From Bispira polyomma (lineage: Eukaryota), in contig OZ287750.1 in the NCBI GenBank assembly GCA_965649765.1, positions 86,552,001-86,616,000 on the forward strand: a stretch of 64,000 bases of DNA. Direction: 5' to 3'. Position numbers and translations under genes: made by a program. This document shows, piece after piece, positions 52,900-62,425 of the stretch. The stretch's first letter is position 1, and every line of letters begins with the position of its first letter. Under the pieces are notes generated by a model, which worked only from the letters and a program-made list of their open reading frames with translations, did no database searches and had not been told where the DNA came from.

Positions 52900-54065
52900 T
52901 TACCTTGTTTCCGGTTGCATCTTACTTCCGGGTGACTGAAATACTTATTAACCGCTTTAAAACAATGGCTACACCCATGTTTCATGAGTGTACCGCTGTC
53001 AGTATGGTCAAATTTATGTGAGCACGAGCCCTGGTTATATTCACTACATGGATGAGTTTTAGAGGAATTACCCTTGGTAGAACTGGTTGGGTTAATGGTG
53101 CTTTGGGTAAATCTGGCCCTAGTGTTATTAACCGCTGTAATATTTGACCACTCGAGCTTACCGCATTCCATCTGCTGGAGGACTACCTTATGGGCAGAAC
53201 GAGCCGTGTACCAGTTGGTTTCCTGGAAGTCCTGTAACAAGTTCACCCCGTATTGCAACATACTTTCCCTAATCGACGGATTGGACTCTTCCAATATACA
53301 CTGCATATACCCCTAACAGAATTGAGAAGGAGATAAATTATCAAACTGAACTGACTGCCTCTCATTATTCAGGACAAACTCGTGCGGCCAATTAATCTCA
53401 AACCGAGCTTGTAACTCGCCTGACCTCAGCTAGCGTGACTTGACTTTTTTACCTGTAAGCAGCTCGAGTCTCTTGTGGTCCTCCAGTCCAAGAATATGCT
53501 GATCCACCCTGCGTTGTAGATGCACATTTTCACGGAGGAAGTTCAAAGAGGGCAAGATTGCCTGATCCAGATCACCGCTACTCGACACCCGGGCTGGTGT
53601 GGAGTTTACTGTTCCATTCGACTTGGGTAAATTTAGGGAAACAACGGATGTGGCAATACCTTGCTGTGTGGGTGCGAGATCCTGCTGTGTGGAAGTGAGG
53701 GTAGCCTGTGTAGCCGATGCGAGTTGGACGTCTGTTCTGTCCTTTTTCACCTGCTGAATGTCCTTGTCCAGCCTCTGTAGATGCTGCAAAATCTGGTCCA
53801 TCTGGGCGCCTAGGACACCACGTGGGTCTGCTACAGACATTTGCTGCTGCTGTTTGGACGGTCCTGCCTCAGGGGAGCGCTGTCCCAACAGAATCTCTGA
53901 ACTGTTGGACTCAGATAACAGACCAGTAGCTCCCAGCTCATTCATAGACCCCAAATCGTCGGTGGCTTCCATAAGTTGGCAATTATCTCCAACAGGCCGC
54001 AAATGTTTAAAATTACACTTTGTGCAGTGAGCGTAATTCTTCACTTGCCGCTCAGGCTGTGGCAT
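52900..54065 (-). pseudogene. Gag-like protein of the DIRS/Ngaro element
   Basis: CTKCNFKHLRPVGDNC, a coiled coil, INWPHEFV, WYTARSAHKVVLQQME and CSEYNQGSC...HGCSHC...HPEVRC. Two in-frame TAG stops. Confidence 0.75.
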
Positions 54066-55575
54066 TCCTAATCTTAAAAATAAAAGGGGTAGTCCCCACC
54101 TAACTAAAAAAAAAGACTAAGTTGGTGACACAGGAGTATAATGGCCTTCTCCAATCTGGTAGAACTGTCAAAACAACACCTGTTGTCACCAACATCTTAG
54201 AATGCAATGAAAGCCCCACAGGGGTTCAAGCCATGTTGCCACCCACACTCACACACCCAGCCATACATTCAACCATTCAAGTCTCATGATAACTTCTGTC
54301 TGGTGACAGAGTAATTTACAAATAATATATTTAGCACCATGGCTGACTTCAGTACACTAACCACCATAACCTTGACCCTGCAAACACACATAACACATAC
54401 CTGTTCACAATACTATTATAACCAGCTATCAACAAAAGGCCGGTTCACACCGGACTGAAACTGGAGGCTAAGCCTTCAGTACATTTTATTTTTGTTTTTT
54501 TTCAAATTTTTTTTTTAAATTTTTTTTTCTTATCATTAAATTGGTACGCTTGGGCGTACTGGCATTAATGGTAGCTACGCCCCTGCCCTAAGTGGGCAAT
54601 ACTGGGCAATACTCTCAAAAGTGGGCCAAAATGGTGGATAATACTCCGGTGGGTAATATTCCAAAAGGTGGGTTATACTTGGAAATGTGGGCAATGCAAT
54701 TTTTTATTCAAAAAAGACCTTCAATAATAATATTTTGTATTTATATTTCTTTTATACAAGTCAACGTGAAACAACGAAGGGTTCAAATTCTCCCTTTTTA
54801 TAAAGCACAAGTGCAAAATTATCATAATAAATGGCACAGTCAAAAACGCATTATTTAAATAGCTAAGAAGCCACAGTACTGACGCAGGAATGTCTCCATG
54901 GGAGGTGGTGTAATCCTACATGAAATATCAAGTAAAATGTATCCTGTGACAGAAAGGATTGGTCACTAAACTCAAACCTTATGTAAACAATTATTTGAGA
55001 ATGCCTATCTTGTGTGTGTTTGTGTGTGTCAATTTGTAAGCCTTTAGTATTCGAGCTAGACAATGCTTTCAAGAATACATCTGAAATTGCATGAATTTTG
55101 CTTTATTCAAAAAATATAATCTTAAAAAGTTTTTTGTGTTGTTTTTTGATGAAAGTCAATAGTTTGTTGTCGGTGTAGGAACCACAACAATAAGTGAATA
55201 CATAGTCAAGTCTTAAATTTCATTATTATACATATTTTGGGGGCACATGTATATTGTCCAGTATTACCCAATATTGCCCAGTAAAACCTGGGAAAACCTA
55301 GGTTTTTCTACTGGGCTGGGCAATGCTCATAAAACACAGGTTTTACTCAACCCTGTAGATCATAACCTTTTACTGACAGTTCTGAAAAACAGATTTCCTT
55401 TACAAGGTGCAGCATTAAACTGGATAGAGACTTATTAATCAACACATTAATTGAATGTTCATAAATACTCCATTTTTGGTTCGCCGGGGTAGCTGATTAG
55501 GACCTTATTTAAATATGTCATTTGCTGGCACCCTTGAAGATGTAGTTCCTATAGAAATGTGAGTATTGTCCAGAT

Positions 55576-56691
55576 TTGCTGATGATGGACACTCTGTTGT
55601 TCTCATTATATACTGCTCCTCTCAGATTGGTTATTGGCAACTACACAGGAATAAAGTTTCATTTTTATGCAGATGACACCCAAATTTATGTGCACCTATC
55701 CAATAAAAATACATCTACTGCCTTTGAACAGTTGAACAGGTGCCTTGACGATGTGAAAGAGTGGATGTCAACTGGTAAACTCAAACTTAATCCCGACAAG
55801 ACTGAGTTCATAATCTTTGGCTCAAAACAACAGAGGGATAAGTTGAAAGCATTGTTTCCAGTTGACATCCTGGGTAGCCCTTTCAGTCCAGCTGATTCTG
55901 TCAAGAACCTGGGTGTATGGTGTGACTCTGACTTTTCTTTCTCTAAACACATTCAGAGTGTCTGCAAAAGCTGTTTTATGCAACTCCGTGACTTTAGACG
56001 TGTCAGACGGTTTCTCACTTATGATGCTTCTATACTTGTGGCCAATGCCTTTGTCAGTAGTAGACTGGATTACTGCAATTCCCTTTTCAGGAGTCTCTCA
56101 AAGTTTAATTTACGCAAATTACAATGCATTCAAAATAGTGCAGCTAGAATTGTGTCAAACACCAGTCGATACACTAGTATAACTCCTGTTCTTAAGAAAT
56201 TGCATTGGCTCCCTGTTGAACAGCGTTCAGTGTTTAAGACAGCTACACTTGTTTATAAAGTTTCTCCACACTGGCTTTCCAAAGTATTTTGCCCCATATC
56301 TTTCCACTTACAGTAGTTCCTACAATACCAGACGTAGTCAGAGTGGTAGTAATTTCCTTGCTGTTTCGAAGTTTCACCCATCTACTCAAAAGTCGGTTAA
56401 ACAGTTTGGTCACAGCTTTGCTTTTGATGCTCCCATTGTTTGGAATAGTCTTCCTGATGTGATTCGTGCTTCCCCCTCACTAGCCTGTTTTAGAAAGAAG
56501 CTTAAAACCCACTAGTACACTAAAGCATATCCACCTTAGTCTCAATCATCCCCCGGTGCGCTCTATGTTGCTGACCCTTTTTCTGTCCCTTGATTTTGGA
56601 AATTGGATAACTGTCTTTTGTGCTGGTGCGCCTTAGAGTCCCCTTTTTTAAGGGGAGATTAAGCGCAATAAAAGTCTAATTACAATTACAA
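55576..56691 (+). mobile_element. Younger L2-group LINE, 5'-truncated
   Basis: [33 protein letters not shown] and FRKKLKT. 3' UTR with an (ATTACA)n tail. Related to the 18465-20445 element. Confidence 0.9.
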
Positions 56692-57819
56692 TGATCATGG
56701 TCTTTGACAAATCCTTTAATTTTAACAACAGGAATAATCAAATAAAAGTAATAAGAGAACGAGAAAATCCACTTAGTTTCATAGAATCATGGATGAAATC
56801 AAATAACCTCCAAATGAAAGTCCGAACTGACCATGTTTGGTCATCATACACAATTAAGCAAATGTTCTACATCCAACATCTTAAAGCTCTTCTCTAACAA
56901 CTGCAAGCAAGTGATATATGGTCAAGTTGTATCCCACCTGGACTATTGTAACTCAATTTTTATGGGACTACGTCAAACAGACATGTCGCATGCAAAAAGT
57001 ACAAAATGCTGCAGCAAAGCTTGTGCTCAATTATATAGCAGTACTTAAGCATTGAAACTCTGCAGTGGTTGCTAATTCGCTATAGGATAATCTTTAAAGT
57101 TCTAACATTGGTGTAACATAGATCTGGGTGTATTATTATAGTGCCAAACACAAAAGCAAAAGCATTTGCAGATTGTAGTTTTGGTGTCTTTGGACCAAAA
57201 TCATGGAACAGTTTGCCAAGATATCAGACACATAGAGATATACTGTTTGTTTCGGAAACATCTAAAACCTACTTATTTAAGAAAGCTGTTTTGTAATGTA
57301 TCTCAGAATATATGTTTTTAAAACTGTACCAGTTGAGCACAATATAAAACATTTATGTTATGTTTTGCACACATAGTTTACTTTGTTATAAATTCTTCAA
57401 TTATTTTTACCAATTTCGAAGTATTTATAGTTATGTACTTCCTTTTAACTAGCGATGATGCACCCCTTCAAATGAACGCAGACAATGTAAGCAGGTTGCT
57501 CTTGTTCAAAGGTAAGGCCACAACAGAATTCAGAAATACTGACACAGCCGTCTTTTTAACCAATGTAATTGTTTCATACAACACGTGTCAGTGGGCTTGG
57601 AAATTAATCACAATTGTTTCAATCAAAAAGATTCTACCCTAAAATTAAATAAAAATGTGTTTGATGAGCTTTAATCTCTGCAGAGGTAGCCTTTGTAGGG
57701 TAATCTTTTGTTATTATTATTATTTTGAAGCAGTATCTCCCACAAAGGACACATATTGGTGCTGGAAATAATTTTAGGCACAACTCTGGTCTCTGGTCAC
57801 AACTTAGGAGTTGTAACAG

Positions 57820-58926
57820 TATTATTATTATTACCATGGACCATGGACATTGCAAAGTCGTAACAAAGGAAGTGGGAGCATGCACGAGGAAAGCTAAGTT
57901 GGGTAGGCAAGATGAAAAAGATAGGTTTTAAGCTTTTTCCTAAAACCGATAAGTGTGTCAACTGATCTGAGGCCGACTGGGAGACTGTTCTCTCTCTGAA
58001 TCCCGCCTTTCTGATTGGTCTTACCGAAGTGATGGAGAGTCTGTTGCCTTTCTTGCGGTTACTGAAGGAAAGAAGGGAGGCAAGGTAGGGGGTCTGTTGA
58101 GTGACTATGGCCTTAAAAGTAGTAACATGAATCTTAAACAAAAGGCGACAGCCAGTGTAATTTTTTGAGGTAAGGAGTGACGTCTGTGCGACAACTCAGG
58201 CGAAAAATGACCCTACATAGGTAGTTTTGGATGGACTGGAGCTTTTTAATGTGTGACTTGTTTGCTTCGTATAAGAGAGAATTGCAGTAGTCGAGGCGGC
58301 TACTCACAAGGGCATTTGCCACAGTTATCACTGTGTCCATGGACAAGTGGTTTCCGATTCTTTTGATGTCGCGTATGTGGTAATAGCAGGAGCGACAGAT
58401 GTTGGCAATATGAGTATCGAACGAAAAAGCTGAATTGAAATTGACACCCAGGTTTTTAGCATTTTGGGAAGGTCTTTTCCCCGCAGGTAGATGGGAAACA
58501 AAGATTATAGGAGTTCACTGTTTTTCTTGTTTCCTATGAGGATGAATTCTGTTTTGTCAGGGTTAAGTTTTAGTTTGGAGTAGTTCATCCACGCCTGGAC
58601 ATCAGACAGACAGTAGGTCTATGTTAGTATTTGCATTTTGTAGATTGAGAGAGAGATAGACTTGAGTGTCATCTGCATACATGTGGTGTTTTATACTGTG
58701 TTTATTGATGACAGTGTTGAGAGGATGTGTATATAAAGGGTGAAAAGTAGAGGGCCAAGGACGGATCCCTGGGGTACTCCATATGGTAGCTTTATGGAAG
58801 ATGATAGGTGATCATCTAATTTAATTCTTTGTGCCCTAAGAGTAAGGTAGGATCTGATCCATTTAAGGACACTGCCATTTATACCGAACCACTGCTTGAG
58901 AGTGTCGCAGAGCAGGACATGATCAT
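57820..58926 (-). mobile_element. 5'-truncated second copy of the L2 family at 33527-37167
   Basis: High nucleotide similarity to about 33620-34753 with small deletions. (TAA)n tail at about 57820-57833. Confidence 0.9.
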
Positions 58927-59446
58927 GATGAGTATGTGTCTTAAGTAACTTGTTGCCCTTTGTTAAGCAACAAGTACTTCTAGAAAGGAAAGTAGTTATA
59001 GTAGGGTAACCTGGAAAAACACGAACATGGCCCTGTATGATTTTTGAGTAGCTGGGCAAAATGCATGGTGGGTCCAGTTAGCTGCTCTAGCTACCCAGGG
59101 AGGGAGACCTGAAATGAACAACTATTATATACTCTAATCTATATTTAACAGATCATCATGAACTTCTAACCATGTTGGGTTGGGGATGATTTGGTGTAGC
59201 TTTCTGAGCTTATTGGGAGTGATAGACCACATAAAGAGGAGGTCTGCATTGACATTATCTTTTCCCAGTATATGTCCGGTCCTTAGTTCTATGTCAGCTA
59301 TGAGGTTTTGAGTTTTCCTAAGTTTAAGATGGAAACGACAGCCAGATCACAAAAGATGACCAATGTTTTGACCTGACCAGCAGAATTTCCACACCCTAAT
59401 AAAATGGAATGCATTCTGTATATACCTGATTATTACAGAAGGCACC

Positions 59447-59627
59447 CATTAAAAAGCTCCAGTCCATCCAAAACTACCTATGTAGGGTCATTTTTCGCCT
59501 GGGTTGTCGCACAGACTTCACTCCTTACCTCAAAAAATTACACTGGCTGTCGCCTTTTGTTTAAGATTCATGTTACTACTTTTAAGGCCATAGTCACTCA
59601 ACAGACCCCCTACCTTGCCTCCCTTCT
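59447..59627 (+). repeat. Inverted local duplicate of 58072-58251 (L2 fragment)
   Basis: Near-identical reverse complement, including the variant ctggctgtcgccttttgtttaag. Confidence 0.85.
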
Positions 59628-59889
59628 GAGAGGTCGAAATAGTTGTTAGTTCTTTGTTAAACAGTTAGGAATGTTAAAAGTAAATAAAGGCAAGCAGTTA
59701 GATATATTTGTAGTGAGCTTAACAATGTAATCATCTAATACTCAAATTTTTAAAAGAAACACGAAAAAATGATAAAAGAAATAACCTAATTTACAGTTAA
59801 TATTTTCCAATGAGTTACTCAATTTGTGTTAGGGAAACAAATACTTTATCTTACTTTATGGTCTACCAATTCTTAATAAATCTTCTAAA

Positions 59890-61024
59890 ATGTTTTAGAC
59901 TTGGTGAATCCTGCTCACATGTTGTGGCCTTGCTGTTCAAAATGGAAGCAGCTGTGAGACTGGGCCAAACCAATGTAGCGTGCATCGATTTACAGTGCAA
60001 ATGGAACCAGTCTTTTGTTAAGAAGGTTCAAGGGGCAAAAGTTTTGGATGTGTCATTTTTTAATGACTAAGTCAAACAAACACTATTGAACAGTAAACAT
60101 AAAAGACGTGCTGTTCTCTGTAGTGCGACAGAATCTGAACAAAAGATGTTTATGAACAGCCTTAGGTCCTGTGAGAAACCATCTGTTTGTTTGTCCCTGT
60201 TTAAAGAAACCAATAGTCTGTTTAAACAAAATTATGCCACATCTTCCCCCAGTTCTCACCCTATTCTTCCAAATTCTTTTAACACATTGTACAATAAGAA
60301 ATACATTACCTATAGTGAAAACTAAAAAATTTTTAGAACGTATCATGACAATGTTGACATTAAACACACTGGTTTAGTTGTTAAGAAAGAAAAGTCGTTT
60401 AAAGGAGCCTCTCCTGATGCTGTTGCCTCTTGCAGTTGTTACAGAAAATCTGTTGGTTAAATAAAGTGCCCTTTTTCATATATAAATTATCCCCTAGAGC
60501 ATTACTACATTCAGTCGGGACATAAGTACTACACCCAATAACAGGTGCAAATGTTAGTACTAGAGGTAAGTACTGGGTATTTTGTAGTTTGGACACCTGA
60601 CAAAAGCTTTGTACAAACTTTCTGTCAAGACGTTAATTGTCAAAGAACAATTTTACAAAAATCAACAGTTTTCTGAAGGAATCATATTCTTCCAGAATTA
60701 TTGACTCAGAAAATGGTAAAGGACAGTTGTGGTAGTGAAAATGTTCAGACAAATGTAAAAGACAGTGATATTCATAAAAATTTTCAAATAAATGTAAAAG
60801 ACAGTGCTGGTCATAAAAACGTTCAGACAAATGTAAAAGACAGTGACGGTTATGTAAACGTTCTAAGTAGTAAGAAGCTGTATTGTTACTGTGAAAGTAG
60901 AAACATAGGGAAAATAATCGGATGTGATAACCCCACGTGTAAATATGAATGGGTACGTATGAAATGCGCTCAACTGACTGAAGTCCCAAAAGGTCAGCGG
61001 TACTGTAGAGATTGTAAAAAATAG
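59890..61024 (+). pseudogene. SWIM-like / YqaJ (lambda-exonuclease-like) / PHD finger gene of an ISL2EU-like transposon, decayed
   Basis: LGESCSHVVALLFKMEAA...CIDLQCKWN; TGLVV...FKGASPDAVASCSC...IKCPF (PD-(D/E)xK region); C-terminal YCYC...IGCDNPTCKYEWVRMKC...YCRDC. Confidence 0.75.
60716..60865 (+). repeat. 39-bp coding minisatellite (VKDSxxxxNVQTN, about 4 copies)
   Basis: Visible in both DNA and the translation of 60701-61024. Confidence 0.8.
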
Positions 61025-61094
61025 TTGCTCCTTAAAGCAACACCAACAGTGTTAGTTAAAATAATATGGTATGACACTGACTGAAAATGCATAT

Positions 61095-61346
61095 AAATTT
61101 GAATTTGGATACTTAACGTCCACTCTAGTACCTGTTTAGGTTATATTGGGACGGGTAGTTGGAAACGCTGGCGGAAACACTGCATACAGTTGATCAAGGT
61201 TCTGCACTGAAACCAGCGGTCCACAGTAAGGAACTACTGCCATTTCCACATAGGCATTGACGGGAGTTGAACTCACGCCGCCCATAGGTGAAAGACCAGT
61301 GATTGTGAAGCGCAATGCTTGCTAGCCACCAGGCCACCGCGGCCCC
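61095..61346 (-). mobile_element. SINE family 2, full-length copy with TSD
   Basis: Reverse-complement homolog of 16861-17120, flanked by aaaatgcatat (61084-61094) and aaaatgcatgt (61348-61358). Confidence 0.85.
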
Positions 61347-61775
61347 AAAAATGCATGTGAAGCCTACACCAAAGTGCTAAATGTGAGAATCTAACCTACT
61401 AGGTGGCTTAAACACATATACATTTTGTACCTCTGGACCACTACAACTGGAGGATGTAAGTACAAAGATATACAGGTACGACACTGACTGGCCAAAAATG
61501 AATATGAAGCCTGCACAGAAATGCTAAATGTGGGAATCTAACCCACTGGGTGGCTTAAACAAATATACATTTTCAACCATATAACCACTAAAACTGAAGC
61601 ATGTAAGTACAAAAATCAGTCAATCATTAAAATATAAAGGTGTAACACTGATTAAAAATGCATATGAAGCCTGCACAGAAATGCTAAGTTTGGGAATCTA
61701 ACCCACTAGGTGGCTTAAACACGTAGGCAATTTTAACCATATAACCACTAAAACTGGAAAATGTAAGTAGTAAAA
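61347..61775. repeat. ~150-160-bp tandem repeat, 3 copies
   Basis: aaaatgcatatgaagcctgcacagaaatgctaa...gtggcttaaac at about 61348, 61495 and 61655. Confidence 0.8.
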
Positions 61776-61779
61776 TTAA

Positions 61780-62425
61780 TCACTCCTTGAAAACAATACC
61801 TTCTCTGAGTTTGGTTAGTGATGCACGAACTGTTACAATTTTATCTATTGTTGTTAAGTTTAGTGATTCTGACTCATTTTTGATACTCTTAATTAACTGA
61901 TTGGGCATTGTACCTATTGCAAAACGATTTTTAATAAGCCCAATGACCCTTTCTATGTGAATGCGTACTGATAAAATTTTAAGTGACATTTCTACATCTT
62001 TAGCAGACAGTTGTTTTTTTTGCTTTTGGTAACGGCTGGAGTTATTAATTCAGAACTACACATAGTTGCAAAATCCTCCACTAATGTAAAACCCCTGTCT
62101 GCCAGTATTTGATCAAAGAGCATATGTAAATTTTGAGAAATAAAGCCTGATTCATGAACGATTTGTACATTAGATGCTCTACCACCATATGCTTTTGACA
62201 AAAAGGTTACTGCTCCATGAGGGTAACAGCAAATAAAAAATTTAACTGTGCAATGTTTTTTCTAGTTTGAATATGTTTGTGCCCTTGCTTTGAGGTTCTT
62301 TGGAGAATCTATAAAAATTTTAAAACAGCCAATAATTGAAGTTAATCTGGGAAATTTCGATTTAAATACAGGAGGAATCAGAAGGAAAATGTTTTCTCTA
62401 TCAGGCCATTTCACCAAAGTTAATT
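61780..62425 (-). pseudogene. ISL2EU-type (DDE_Tnp_4-like) transposase catalytic region, decayed
   Basis: VKWPDRE, IIGCFKIFIDSP, AQTYSN*KKHCTVKF, SKAYGGRASN, ILADRGF and VRIHIERVIGLIK. Convergent with the YqaJ/PHD gene. Confidence 0.82.

Larger units (their letters stand above)
49350..54485 (-). mobile_element. DIRS-order tyrosine-recombinase retrotransposon, Ngaro-like, 3'-truncated and inactive
   Basis: Gag with CxxC...H and a C-terminal Cys/His finger (54065 to about 52900). RT: LHLSPLLSRPK, RVIVNLS, KADVSQAFRNL, YIDY. RNase H: LDAC, FEMVN, CDN, ADTLSR, with no methyltransferase domain after it. YR N-half with FFGFLRISNLL. Confidence 0.88.
48974..55355. mobile_element. hAT-type non-autonomous DNA transposon hosting the DIRS/Ngaro element
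   Basis: 8-bp TSD tagatcat at 48966-48973 and 55356-55363. Imperfect TIRs cggggtagag / ctcaaccctg (CAGGG-type). Internal and subterminal gggtaat/gggcaat motifs. Empty paralogous site at 32134-32141. Confidence 0.8.
48760..57295 (+). mobile_element. Ancient L2/CR1-group LINE in three pieces (about 48760-48973, 55356-55570, 56690-57295)
   Basis: Colinear RT motifs KDYRPVSYL, VDHNLLLTVLKNRF, WMKSNNL, SHLDYCNSIFMGL, GPKSWNSLP and FRKHLKTYLFKKA, separated by younger insertions. Confidence 0.7.

Noticed and set aside
49930-53455. Spliced gag-YR fusion using donor acag/gtaaaa and acceptor ccag/g
   Set aside because: The sites look plausible, but the donor and acceptor phases do not give an in-frame fusion in this copy, and no transcript data are available.
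60701-61024. Host ING-family PHD gene
   Set aside because: It follows YqaJ and SWIM-like fragments and faces a transposase, so it is better explained as transposon-encoded.
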